From: Marsupella aquatica
Taxonomy: Eukaryota; Plantae; Marchantiophyta
Direction of reading: 5' to 3'
NCBI GenBank assembly: GCA_973895155.1
Contig: OZ316899.1
Coordinates: 13,829,934 to 13,893,933, forward strand
DNA length: 64,000 bases
Shown here in pieces: positions 1-13,166 of the stretch. Each line of letters opens with the position of its first letter. Position 1 is the first letter of the stretch. A program made the position numbers and the translations under genes. Under the pieces are notes generated by a model that was not told where the DNA came from, ran no database searches, and saw only the letters and a list, made by a program, of their open reading frames with translations.

Positions 1-213
1 GGGTCGATCCTGCTATCGACTGAGGTATGTTTTGGCAGTGGAACACTAACCATACCTAGGAGGTGTCCGTATATGACAATAGGCGCACTTAGCGCTAGTT
101 TACGTGAGTTAGGTGCATTCCGTGCCTCCCTCCCTGCCCGAACCCTCATTTTGACAAAGGATGTGCCTGTCTAAGCCGAAGCCCGGGTTAAGGCCTAGAC
201 TGACGACGTGACA
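1..213 (+). mobile_element. 3' part of an LTR (same family as 46212-47121)
   Basis: Aligns by eye with 46908-47121. Both end in ...GACGTGACA and the flanks diverge immediately after the terminal CA. Confidence 0.8.
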
Positions 214-384
214 AAGAGTGAACCTTCAAATGTGAGCACAGGTATGTGTTCCCCTTGGGTATACCCCCTCCCATGGTCTATGGGAACCTGGAACTCAAAC
301 TAGTGCTATCCTAGTATAGTGAAGTCTAGCTAGTACTATGGAAGTGTATAGGTTATACTAGAGGTATAACCTAACGCTTCTTAG

Positions 385-2500
385 CCTCAGAGAGGCAGTT
401 GAAGAGGTCATCCATATGAGGTAATGGGTACTTGTTCTTTATTGTTTGCTTATTGAGGGCCCGATAATTTGTGGACAATCTCAAAGTACCATCCTTTTTG
501 GACAAACAACGCGGGCGCCCCATAAGGACTCTTACTAAGATGAATGAACCCTTGGTTGATCAATTCTTCCAAGGCGTTTTCCAACATCATTTGTTTGCTC
601 AGGTTTAGACGATAAGGAGATTTAGCTTGAGGAGCCTAACGTGGCTCCAACTCAACTTGGTGATCCACTTCCCTCCATGGGTATAAACCTTTAGGTAGCT
701 TTTGCAAGAGCACATCATTGAATTCCTCTAAAATTTCAGGAATTTGACCGCAATCAGGCCTGACCTTAGCTGAACATCTTTAATTGGGTGGAAATGAAAG
801 AAGAAACATTCATGTCCACCCTTGAAGTCTTTCCACCATTGCTTTCCTGATACACACGGAGAAAACCATGACACTTTACTTACTTTATGAAATCTTTATT
901 TATTTCTGGTAATTTTGTGTACAATGATGGGCTCATCGCCCTTATCAGGAAAATTGAGCACCTCATCCCTCGGTGTCAAGGTAACATTATGCTTTTTGAG
1001 ATAGCCTACCAACAAAATGAAATCTACGGCTAGACCTTCTAGAACGTAGAACATTTGCTGACTAACAAAATTTTGTTGTTTGCCTATGACCTCTACTCAA
1101 AGTCTATGTACCACTCTTGATACTATCCCTTTTGTGTCGTTGACAAACTTGCACACTAATGGTTGTAGCAACTCTTGCACGTCCACCCCAAAATGTGCCG
1201 TCGCCTGCCCACTTATGAAGCAGGCGGTCGTGCCTGTATCCACCAAAGCAACATCCAAATTACCGTTAGAAGTGACATTCACAAAATCAGCTTGTTAGGA
1301 TCCATTGTCTTACCTTAGGTACTCTTGCAACAACACCTTTCCTCCAGCAAGAATATCCCTTACAGGGACCTCTCCAACTACTACGGGTTTGGTTAGAGCG
1401 ATACTTACCTTAAAGCTCTTCTGCCTCCCATCTCCGCTCAGCTTGCCACCTTTTGTGGGACAATCCTTATTTTGATGGCCCATGGCGCCACATGTGTAGC
1501 ACAAACCTTTAGCCCACCTCTGCTTCGTGAGCGCCTATTTTTTGCTTTTTGCGCCGATGAGGTTCCTTTCTTGAAGTTGTTGGCCTTCCGGTTGCCCTTT
1601 GCTTCTCCATTCTAGGGGTGAGGATCCAAACCACCGGCCCCCGCCCCCTCAGGCTGCTTGCGCTTGTTCTCAGGACCTTTCGCTTTCCCAGCTTCCCCTT
1701 TGGATCCCTTGCCACCCACCTTTGCCAAGCCCGGTTGGTTATTCACCAGCATAGTGGCTTTGTCAAAGGCGTCAAAAAGCATTTTAAACTCATGACGCTT
1801 CTCCTGTAACTTTTCCCTGAGCAACTACGAGAGCTTCACTATAAAGTTGTGAAGCTGCATATGTAGGGTCTATTGCCCCGCCGAGATACACGCCATTTGG
1901 TTCTGGTAATAAGTGATGAACTTTTGGATATCACCCATGAAGCTCATTTCAGTTACGCATTTTTGCTCATGCCGCTCATTCCTTTCGCAACTTCTTCCAA
2001 GACTTGTACCAAGTCAAGGCATAGTCCTTCAGGTAAGGAGCGGTTGCGGTAGCCCAAGTGGAACGCTCAACACACGCTTGGAGATGAATCTCCATCGTGG
2101 AGAGCCAACTCAAGGACTTACGTCCACTCTGCTTGTAGGCCTTGTCGTAAGTTGGAGGAGTCGGTAGCTAGTTCACTTGCAACATACTCCGTCCAACTAC
2201 CACTTCCCCCTTGGGACGTGTCACACTCTGACTACCCAGACTTAATAAGTATTTAATCTAGGCTCCAACTCCTCATAAATGAGACGTTGGTCTTGAGTCA
2301 ACGGCCCCAAACCGTTGTCAGCGGCTAGGCCCTTGCGGGTTGTATGAGGACGGTCCTCCAACCGTCTTAGTTTCCTTTGCGGGCCGCCTGTCCTGAGGTT
2401 CTCTTGTGGATTTTGGTGACACCCCTTGCAACTTGCGGGCACCATGACCTCTCGGGGCTGTGGTATCACCTGCATTGCCCTGGTTTTGCTTGGTCAAATT
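385..2500 (-). pseudogene. Decayed Ty3/gypsy gag-pol (gag, CCHC knuckle, aspartic protease, N-terminal RT)
   Basis: CYTCGAMGHQNKDCP knuckle (ORF 1310-1504) and VALVDTGTTACFIS protease (ORF 1097-1282). The minus strand at ~400-720 reads DHQVEL...KSPYRL...[19 protein letters not shown] / [21 protein letters not shown], typical of gypsy RT. Many stops and frameshifts; RT truncated near 385. Confidence 0.88.
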
Positions 2501-5500
2501 ATCCACGATGACGTCCGGCTTGACATCATCCTAGCCTGTGGTTCCGCATCCAACCCTCTTAAGGCTTGGATCAATCCCTCTTCTGGGTCCTAACCCTCTC
2601 CCTCCGATTCAGTCTTTGAATTGTTGTCGCTTTCATCCAAGTCGGTGTTGTCCTTGCTTGACTCGTCCTTTGGAGGATTGGCCGCCTCCTTCCCTTTAAG
2701 TTGATGGTGCCCTGCACCTAAAGTGTTTGTTGTGGCGGTCAACGGTTTGGTCACCATGTCCTCCTTGTCCTGCTTGTAGTGTTCGTTTAGGGAAGTTGAC
2801 CCGTCTCCCTTATGTTCTTCTTGAACCTGTGCTCTTCCCTTGGCGGGAACAACCTTCTTGCCACTCTTTGACCAAGTGTTCTTAACCACGTCTCCAGCAA
2901 CCAAATCTGCCTGCAGTTGACCCAATGAGCACGTTGCAACACTAAGTCCCCATAAAAATCAGTTAAGATTTTTGGATTCTGACCTAGCACAACTCCTGGC
3001 CGGTGTCTATGTCGGCAACCGCTTTGATCTCACAAGTGGTGGACCCTAAACTTGCCACTCAGCGCCCTCACCAATCCCAGCACCCATACCTAAGCGCCCT
3101 TGGTGCCCAAATGACTCCACAAAATACCTTGAGAAACACTTTGATGCCCTTTGCACCGTCTGCGGCCCCTCCCATACAAAGCCGCACTTGCTCTCTAACA
3201 CGACCGCTACTCAAGAGTCCTCACTGTCTGCACAAGCAACCAAGCGCCTTGGTAAATAACCCAACAGGATCTAGATCTCTCTCCTAGTCTAGCATCCTAA
3301 CTCAAGCTCAATAGACATTGGTAAGTAGGCCAGCTATAGGTCCTCCCGATGCCATAAGCCAGAACCAGAACCAACACCCACTGTTTGTCTAGAATGACTC
3401 CTTCCTTGGGTGCAGTCTGGGTTCCCCCTCATACTTATCCATCACCAATTGATTGTCCTGCCCCTAGGACATGCTCATGGCCCAAATAGCATGGCTTGTC
3501 CCAACACGCCGGGACCAGAATGGCCACGACTCTAGCAACCCATTCCTGGTTCTTGCCCCACTTATGATCTAGGGGCCAAGTGCCCTTGGAACTCAACCTC
3601 CATGGCTACTTGGCCTTGCCTACCCAACGCAAGCTCCTTTCAGAGACTGAACGCGACTTGGCTACTATTTCGACAGGATTTGGGAAGCGGATGAGATAGC
3701 CCCCGCAAACCCCAAGAACTTATGGCATTTCTAGACCTAGCTGAGATCAGGAAGATGTAGCCCTCCTTGAGAGCTTTCTAACACACCCAAGAAGTCTTCC
3801 AATGGACTTCCCATTTGGAAATTATGGCCATTTTTGTTTGGCATTTTCTCTTAGTGTCGCAACCGCCGCGGCTCACGACTTCGGCTCGCCCTTAGCCCCC
3901 ATGGAGACATCATTCCCCTCACATATGCTTCTGGAGACCTGCCACCCTCGAACCAACTTTGGTCTCCAAATTTTGGCCCCCCACCTGGACCCCAACCCGC
4001 ATGCCTGGGCATGCCACCAATTAGCAATGTCCATAACTTTCTAGTTAGGCGTCAGTAAGTGGAGTGTCTTAGCCCGTTGTGATTGGGCCGACCCAATGCT
4101 CAGGCCTAGACCCTCAGATCCCATTGTCGCCCTGGACCCCAAATTGGCCAAACTCGGATTGGGCGATAACTCATGCCCCAAACGTCTGTTGCCCATGGAG
4201 TCAACTCCATTGGCCTTGGGCCCAAGAGGAGCTCTCACTCAAGCCCTTAGAACTCAAAGTCCTTCCAGGGGTCCGGACGGTGAGCCTTGAGCCCAGCCCT
4301 TTCCCCTTGACCCGACTAGCCCTTGGCTAGTCAAAGTCCTTAGTGTGTGCCACCAACTTAGCGCCTTGCCTTTGTCAGTGCCACTCCCCATTGCCCACAA
4401 GTCTCCCCATGCTAAGTCCTCCCCGGATGGCCGTTCTAGGCCTGGACCATAAGGGAGCTCGGTGTCGGAGCCAACGACGCCGGAGCTAAGTGTTAAGGTA
4501 GTCGAGTTCCGCAACTCATCGGTTGCCGGTAGGTTCTGAACACAAAGCGTACCTAGGATAAGTATATGTACGTAAAGATATGTGAAGCTTAGCTCTTTGT
4601 GTGTAAATAAAGATAGCACGATCCATCCCTCCTTGCCCTGAACCTCAATACTAAAGGAGACTTACATATCGTTCCAAGGGTATGAGTTGTGTTAACGGTC
4701 AAGCCGTTGGTGTGACATGGCTTCATTTCTTCCTCGGTCCTATATTTGCATCAATAAGTGGAGAAATTTGATTCTTCCCTCTACCACCAACCAATTGCCC
4801 TCTCATTTGTTGGAGGTGGCAGAAGCCCGATGGATTTGTTTTTGTGTGATAGTCCATAGGAAAAGAGGGTTGACTCTAGAAACCAAAGCCATAAGACTTG
4901 CACAAGTTGGACATAGTGCTCCCATGGATCACATTTTGATGGTCCATGGGAGTTTGGGGTCCATAACTTGATGACGATGAGTCCTTAAAAGAATTTTTAG
5001 TTTTGCACCTGCAATCCAACTAGAGAAGGAGAATACATAAAGAATACAAGCCCAAACATTTCATATAAACACAATGAAAATCAATCTTGCAGAATTTACC
5101 CCTCCATTTTTTTTGACCAAAAACTCAACCAAAATGGCCAAAAATTCACTTGAGCTTTTGATGGAAGTGCAACATACCTACTCCTGTAGCATATCCCAAA
5201 ATTTATAAAAGATGTGAATTTATGAATATAAAGTTATTATAATTAATCCTTGGACACGCTATGTTCATCAAAGGAATGTGTGTGTGAAGAAGTAAAATCA
5301 ATTTTCAATAAAATGATAACCAATAATTTTGAATCTCCTGGTGGTCTTTGTATGTGCTTATACAAAAAAGATTCTCGAAAGATAGAGAAGATTGATCTGG
5401 TTGAGATGATCTCTATCTAGTTTATCAAATGAAAAGTTAAACATGAAAGAATTGAATTTTTTGACAAATTTAGCTTACATATTGGACAATTCATATTTCT

Positions 5501-6104
5501 ATCATTCTGACATAAAAATATGCACTAATTCTATTTCATAGAAATCATATTTCTATCATTCCCGCATAAAAATATGCACGAATTCTACTTCATAGAGTAA
5601 CCAAACTCCATGGAGAAAATATGCACGAATTCTACTCCATAGAGTAGAATTACTAAACCCTAAACAGAACTCCATGGAGTAACAAAAATGGAACCAAAAT
5701 TTGCACTTGATTGCTCCATTGTGGAGTAGAGTTTGCGCATTTCTTCCTGCCAGAATGTGTGTGCAACATCAAGATTCCTGGATCTGAGGACTTGATTTCA
5801 AATTGCAACTTACACATCAAGCTGTAGGGGGGCCTAACTTTAAATCCAATTACAACTCGTCAGGAGGTGAAATAAGTCTGCTGAATTTCTAGTGGCCGAA
5901 GGTGACTCTGAAACTTCACTCGCCTCAGCTTGATTTCAATTTGCAACTTACATATCAAGCTTTCAATTTGCAACTTACATATCAAGCTGTAGGGGTCCTA
6001 ACTTAAAATCCAATTACAACTTGCACAGGTGTCCGGTCCTTATGACAGAGGTAAAAGAAATCTGCTGAATTTCTGGTGGTCAAAGGTGAAGCTGAAACCC
6101 TAAA

Positions 6105-6293
6105 CCCTAAATTTGTGGTATCAGTCCCCGTGTCAGTCATATTTGGAGGACATAATGAGAACGAAATCATATCATTGAACCTCACCAGGATGTGTTTCTC
6201 CCTAAATCTGTGGTATCAGTCCCCGTGTCAGTCATATTTGGAGGACATAATGAGAATGAAATCATACCATTGAACCTCACCAGGATGTGTTTC
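6105..6293. repeat. Two-copy tandem duplication, 95-bp unit
   Basis: CCCTAAAT.TGTGGTATCAGTCCCCGTGTCAGTC...CAGGATGTGTTTC starts at 6105 and again at 6200. Confidence 0.9.
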
Positions 6294-6689
6294 ATACGTG
6301 AGACTTGAGATACGTGAGACTTGAGATGAACAAGAGGAGAAGACTATGAACAAGGAGAAAGGTTGTGCACGAAGGTTGAGGAACTCTGCTAGTAGTAGTC
6401 ACTGCTGTGCGTAGAAAAATTTGAATATTGTCGTCGTATCAAATGTAAGCATATCCACTACTCTCTCACAAAGTAACCTCAAGAAGCTTTCGGAATCATC
6501 GATCCACAAGAAATGGACTCAGCCATAAATTACCATGCACTGAAACATTGAAGCTCAGATACATTGAATGTCATAGCTACACAAGGGGCTAGTCAACAGC
6601 TCGGCTATTTGATAAAAGTGGATGATGAGAATCCCCTGTTGAAAGAAATTTATCTACGGCCAGAAGAAGCCCATCGGTATTTGTAGTCT

Positions 6690-7800
6690 GATCTACGACG
6701 ACGGCATCTCTGTCCGTGGATGAAACAGTATGAAGCGCTTGCTGCAAGCATCCATCCAACATATAGAAACCGCACGGATGAGCAAACTGAAAACTCCAGA
6801 AGAAAAAACAAACATGGTTTCCACATTCCTAAAATAATCATTCAACACGTAGGAGGAGGATTGCTCCTTTACACAACAGCGACTACTACCAATTTCGGTA
6901 TGAACCGTACCAATCGAACAGCTTGCTGTCGCCGAGTTTGAACTCGAGCGGCTTTTCTCAGCAACTCTGCTGGGTTGTTCGCGTCCAGTTGGTTTGACCT
7001 GTAAAGACAATATGAAAAATCCTTTAAGGACATATGCATGTTCAGACCGTTATGCTACAACTAAATTAGATTAAACAAATTAACGAGTAAAAAACTCACA
7101 TTCTTGTTCTTGCTAGAACCAATTCTCGCGGACAGTTCTGATGTGCAAATGGCAACGTCGCACACGTTAGAGTGGAGAAAACGGTGAGGTCAGATTCGAT
7201 TCAGAGGATCGAGAAGTTAGTGAGACACATAAGTCTTTATTGATAATTTCCGCCGCAGTAACATTGATTCCTACCTTTCGCATTTTTGTCCGCGCCCGAG
7301 CGTTTTTTTTCAGAACTGCCAGCTTTGACAACATGACAAGATACTCATATTACTGCGTGTTAACAGCACATAACTCCAAAGAATGGGACACAGGTGTTCA
7401 AATTAAGCGTATAGAGGGACCTGTTACAAACAATTCTGAACCAAAAGATAGAAACAATCCAGTGAAACAGAGAACTCAAACCTGCCGTCTAGCCTCCAGC
7501 AGCTGGCCCTCCAGATCTGACAATTCCTTCTTCTCAGTTCCGGCGTCAGTATCGTGTTCTGCCGAAGGCGTAAGCATGTGTACTGACTTCAAGGCGAACA
7601 TGAAAAATCGTCAGGACCTCGACAGTCAGCAAGGTTGCGATTGAACTCCCTGCATTTGTGACTTGACAAAATCGTAGCCGCTCTACAGCAAGTATCACAA
7701 GGATTTCGGTTCTGTTCGCCCTCACTTTGCCAAGATGCGATCCGGATACTTTTACGATTAAGGTTCCATAGGGCCTCAACTGTATCAAGCCCTTACTACC
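6690..7800 (-). pseudogene. Spliced gene fragment of unknown function (coiled-coil-like exons), possibly captured
   Basis: Short GC-richer minus-strand blocks (e.g. ...EKKELSDLEGQLLEARRQ|gt, ...KKNARARTKMRK|gt) separated by AT-rich GT-AG intron-like segments. Confidence 0.35.
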
Positions 7801-7827
7801 TTGCTGCTAGTGTAGCCGACATGGGTA

Positions 7828-10030
7828 CATATACATTTTTGTGCAGCCCAGCGATCGCAATGCCTGGTCTTTGCGGTCTTTTTTGTGGTCTTTTTGCCAC
7901 GAGTGCCCGAAAAAGATCATCCCGCCATGAAAATACAAAGGAACCAACATTACAAAGTAAGTCGATCCCCGCGCCATTCTTCAAAAGTCACTGCTTCGGG
8001 AGCCCGGATAGCACCATACTCCCCTCGCATCAACTCTGCCCACCCTCCCTCCCCGTCATTTAGGGTTTATTATAGGGTTACCTTACCCTTACGTTGTTCC
8101 TTGTGGCTCCCTCCCACGGCCCCCAATACACCAAGGGATCAACTACAATCCTGCCATCCTCCAAATGCCAACTCACGTTTACGGTTCAGGGTTTACCATT
8201 TACAGTTCAAGGTTTACCGTTTATGGTTCAGGGTTTATCGTTTACGGTTCAGGGTTTACCGTTTATGGTTTAGGGTTTACCCTAGTTTCGTGTTCTTCTT
8301 GCCACTAGTGCCCGAAAAAGACAGTCGTGCCATGAAAATACAAAGTAAATCAATCCCTGCACCATTCTTCAAACGTCATTGCTTTGGGAGCCCGGATAGC
8401 ACTGCGGCCTTCTTCCCGTACTCCCCTCGCATCAACTCTGCCCACCCTCCCTCCTTGTCGTTTAGGGTTTATTATAGGGTCCCCTTACCCTTGCGTTATT
8501 CCTCGTGGCTCCCTCCCACGACCCCCAATACACCAAGGGATCAACTGCCATCCTCCAAATGCCAACTCACGTTTATGGTTCAGGGTTCACTGTTTACGGT
8601 TCAGGGTTTACCGTTTACAGTTCAGGGTTTACCGTTTATGGTTCAGTGTTTACCCTAGTTTCGTGTTCTTCTTGCCACGAGTGCCCAAAAAAGACAGTCG
8701 TGCCATGAAAATACAAAGTAAATCGATCCCCGCACCATTCTTCAAACGTGACTGCTTCGGGATCCCGGATAGCACTACGGCCGTCTTCCCGTACTCCCCT
8801 CACATCAACTCTGCCCACCCTGCCATCTATCGCGTAGAGCCTCTCCATACGGGCCACTGTGGACTGCCTCACCTCGCCTCTCCTGGAACTTCACTCACGG
8901 GATTCACCTCTTTCTGGCCAATTCCGTAACACTCACTCATTTCCCCGCCATCCAATTTTGCGACACCCGATTCCTGGCTTTACAGCAACCAGGACGTGTG
9001 ACCCTAGACCCTCAACCCACGTTCACTCCATGGGCACAGCACTCGCCTTAGAGAACACGGACGCCCTCCACAAAACTATACTAGCACCACTACTGTAGTA
9101 GGCCCACCTTGCCTTCTTCCACCTCCCCGCTGCACGACTATCGCATAGAGCCTCTCCCTGCACCGCTGGCCAGCTCACACCCGCCCAAAAGTTTAGGGTT
9201 TATTAGGGTTGCCCAAACCTGGAATTACCTCAAACTCCATTCATGGTAGAAAACCAGGGCACCCCTCAGCCTTCCCTCCTGGCGGTTAGGGTTAACTTTT
9301 GTGTTTACGTGTTTAGGGGTTTTTCCCTAAAGTAACCCTTACCTTCTTCGTCGTGGCTCCCTGCCCTGGCCTTGCACACACAAAGGGATAACTCCAATCC
9401 TGCCATTCTCGAAATGTCAACTCATGATCACAACCCCGCATAGTGCAGCGATCTCATCACGAGCCCCGATGGTATCAAACCAGGGCACCACTCAGCCTTC
9501 CTTCCTGGCAGTTAGGGTTTTGTGTTTACGGGTTTAGGGGTTTTCCCTAAACCCTTCCCTTCTTCGTCGTGGCTCCCTGCCCTGGCCATGCAAGCACAAA
9601 GGGATGAACTTTGATCCTGCCATTCTTGAAATGTCAACTCATGATCACGACACCCCACATAGTGCGGCGATCCCACCGTGAGCCCTGATGGCATCAAACC
9701 CGCACACCATTCACCCTGCTAGTATCTGTCCTCTGCCTCCCAAATCAACCCTAGTTCACCGTGGCTCCATCTCTCCCGGGGCCATGCAAATGTTGTTGCC
9801 GTAAATCAATCAATCAAACAAGAACTATCAAGAAGTATAATTATACCATTTTGCAGTTGTCATCTTTGAATTTAACTAACAGAAGGGATAAAGTAGAAAA
9901 CACACTTACATTTAGTGTGAACAAAACAGTGACATTGTTTTCCAAGCAAGAAAAGGGAGCTGCCAAATGATGCACAACATACTATCACTAGCCCCTACTA
10001 CAGTGCCCGTTCTTTGAACGTGAATAGTGG
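7828..10030. repeat. Duplicated block A, copy 1: ~340-400 bp tandem units plus a unique tail
   Basis: The unit marker GCCATGAAAATACAAAG recurs at ~7924, 8330 and 8702. The block recurs at ~17767-20452 and ~21606-23365. Confidence 0.9.
9988..10020 (-). mobile_element. Helitron-like 3' terminus
   Basis: The minus strand reads CGTTCAAAGAACG hairpin, spacer, then CTAG|T. The same end occurs at 20412, 21230 and 40591. Confidence 0.65.
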
Positions 10031-10679
10031 GGAGGTGGACAATAAAAATGTCTTTATTCAGTCTTTGAAGGTTAATTAATCCGTGGACCGTTAATTAATC
10101 CAAGGAATGTGTGTGTGATTAAGTGAAATCACTTTGAGCAAGGCGGTAACCGACGGTTTTGAGTCTCCTGATGGTGTTGGTGTGTGCCGTACAAAACAAA
10201 TGCTCAAAAGATAGAGATTTATCAAAGTAACAGAAGGTTGAATGTGGAGGAATTGAGTTTTTTTACAGGTTTTGCTTACACATTGGAGAAATCATCTTTC
10301 AACCATTTTTGATTGAATGTTTGTGAGTTATATTGAGCATTACCACCACAAGACAGACTGGAGCACAACACTCAGCTGTTGGCAAAAGAATGTTTGTCAA
10401 TTCGGTGGGAAGAACACACAAAACAAACGAGCCATCACTTCACACAAAGGATTTGTAATTATTTTTATTTAAGAAAGCTATGGTGTGAGGGAAAGACCAA
10501 CAATTATTTCTTTGACATAGAGGCTGCATTTGGCGTCCACCTGTGTTCACAGTGAGCTTTAGTTGAAGACTATTTAAGAGATGCGAACAGTTCAAGCCAG
10601 GAAGCAAACATTGTGGACAAGCGATGACGACGTAATCAAAGAAATCAATTTGTAGCGGTTAAGTTTGTGACGATGACGA

Positions 10680-11180
10680 GATTGTGATATCTCTTAATCG
10701 AGAAAATATTTCCAATGAGCCTCAGATTGACAAATTTTCTCAAGTTCCATATGAACTTTTGAATTTCTTTGCCTTTTCAATGAGTGTGAGTATAAGAAAT
10801 TTTGATCATGAGTTCATGAATTCTTTTAGCTTTCCAAAATTGAGTCCAACATTGACAAATTTCATGTCAGATTTTGTCACGGTACTAAAGAGATCAGGAG
10901 GTTTTCAGTCTCTTTAGCTTTCTAATGTGTGACATTGAGATTATTTGTCAAGAAATAGAGAGATCATGTAGCTTGCCAATGAACCTAGCATTGATAGATT
11001 TTGTCAAGTATTAAGGAGATGATGAGTTTTTAATTTTACTCTAGCTTTCCAATGAGTGTGACATTGATAAATTTTATCAAGACATTACTAAAGAGGTCAC
11101 GAGTTTCTAAATCTTGATCTTGAGTTTTCCAATGAATCAAACATTGGCAGATTTTATCAAGTACTAAGGAGATTTATTAT
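10680..11180. repeat. Degenerate ~70-80 bp tandem repeat
   Basis: Recurring AGATCATGAG...TAGCTTTCCAATGAGT...ACATTGACAAATTTT motif. Confidence 0.6.
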
Positions 11181-11634
11181 TTAGTTTTACAATGTGAAAC
11201 CAAAGGGGTTTTAATTATGTACATTTCTATCCATTGGTTTTTTCAAACTTTCAAACAATTAAAAAATATAAATTACTGATATATCTTTGACAAACATCAA
11301 AATGGTAACTTTGTTTTACTAAATGACATCTCTTCCTTTGTATTTTGGTTTTTTTACGTTTAATATTTACGGCATGGCGCCCAAAAAATTACATTGCTTT
11401 TGCCACAAACAGGAATGTGCATGTTTGTTATTGTTAAAAGTAGGATCATTCCTATTTGTGGCTGGTTTTGATGATGTGGTGCAACCTCATGGCAGAGAAT
11501 TTGCAGGAGACCCCTAATGGGGGTCTGTAATTAAATGATAAAAAAATTAGCATGTAATCATCATCTTACTATAAAAGCTTTTACTATAAAAGCGCAAACT
11601 AAGTCTTAAGGGCCAGGTTCTAGAGCGTAGGCCA

Positions 11635-12712
11635 GTGACCCTAGTACAAACAAAAATGATATTACTCCGAATAAAGATAAAATTGAAATGGGGGAAAAAA
11701 CAAGTAGGTGACCAAAACTCGGGGGTTTCACTTCCACAAAAATGGCATATCACGTGCGACGAAGGATAGGGTCATTTTATTGGTTCTAAGGGAAGACTTA
11801 AGAATTTTTGTAGAAGAACAATAGGATCTTTTAAATTCAATTTTGAGACTTATAAGAACATTAGGGTCTTTTTAATCCAATTTTTAGAATATTCCAAGAA
11901 TATTCCAACTTTATAGGGGTTAAAAAATAATAATAAATTCTTACATTTTAGGGGCTCCGAGGCCTAAAAACGTCGCAGGCGATGGGGAGGTCCCCATATA
12001 GTGAGACCCCCGAGGACCAAAATTGGCGGAAATAGCCTAGAAACATTATTGTGCAACATTTATTTCTTTAAATCTATTTACGTTCAAGCTTGAACGGGTA
12101 ATTGGTCTACTTTTAATAATCATATATAACATTGATACCATACTCTTTTCTATGCACATCCCTCTTTCTAAGTGCACATATTAACCATAAAGCCCATTTT
12201 TTAATGTAAATATAAATCATGACAAAAAGCATACATGCTTATCATTTGACATACATCATGGTCATGTGTTTTCCGGTCCACATGATGACTATGGAGTTTC
12301 TATCTAGAGGCTTCACTCTTGGCCCCAACTGTAGCTTGTAGTTGGCGCTTTATAAGAAAGATGCATTCCAGAATCAAAATACCTATATTCCCTAGAATGT
12401 CCAATTTACTAACTGATAAAAAAATAAGTTCCAAAATTACAGTTGGTGTTTTTAACACAGTCATACCCATACATACCATCAGAAATAAATGTCTGCCCAA
12501 GCTGCCCTGTATCCTGCTTGCACCGGTCCAAGATCAAAATAATTATATTCATTTTACAACTAAATTGGGAAATTGGGAATAAAGTTTGTCATTTAACTAA
12601 TATAACTAAAATAGAATTTTTGGACTGTAAGATGTGGTGGCCGCTATCTCCCCGTCTCAAATTTCTTTGGAGAAAAAAAGACATTGTGTTTGGAAGCGGC
12701 GGATTATTATTA
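11635..12712. repeat. Duplicated block C, copy 1 (copy 2 at ~20461-21229 lacks ~11735-12015)
   Basis: Near-identical sequence, e.g. GACCAAAATTGGCGGAAATAGCCTAGAAAC and AAGCGGCGGATTATTATTA occur in both copies. Confidence 0.9.
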
Positions 12713-13166
12713 TTGCAGTGGCAATCGTTGCCTTGCCCGGACCCTCTCTCCGAAGGCCTCTACACTTTGAAAAGCCACAACTCACCCTCCCTCCGAGCAC
12801 GGCCCTGACCACGAGCACGCCGCACGTTCGGATTTTGGGACTCCGCCTCAAGGCCCGACTCCTGCCACCGTGCCTCAACCACGCCTCAGCAGTGCCCAGC
12901 ATCCCTCGCCCCTGCCCCTTACTGTCCCTCTTTGGCCCCATGTGCTCCCCGTCGCGCCGTTGGATATGGGTCTTTTGCAGCGGAAGAATGAATCTCTTAG
13001 ATTCCAAGGCCAGAGAGAGACGAGAGAGAGACGAGAGAGAGTGCAAATCCCGGGGTTGGAGCGAAAGCTGGTCGAAGGCATTGATGAGTATGGGGTTTGT
13101 AGTATGAAGGTCTACTGTGCTTGCGGTTCTAGATAGGAGAGCGGTAGTCACAAACTTTCAATGCAA

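Noticed and set aside
7885-8929. Long ORFs in block A (also 17736-18932 and 21548-22718) with FRVYRL repeats
   Set aside because: They are translations of stop-poor tandem DNA repeats. Frames shift between copies and no domain is recognisable.
10070-10640. Possible Helitron PIF1 helicase remnant (related sequence at ~5240-5500)
   Set aside because: Only a vague AITSHK similarity, with no consistent helicase motifs in one frame.
12634-13151. Overlapping 157/164-aa ORFs
   Set aside because: A GC-rich low-complexity patch that is open on both strands, with no recognisable protein.
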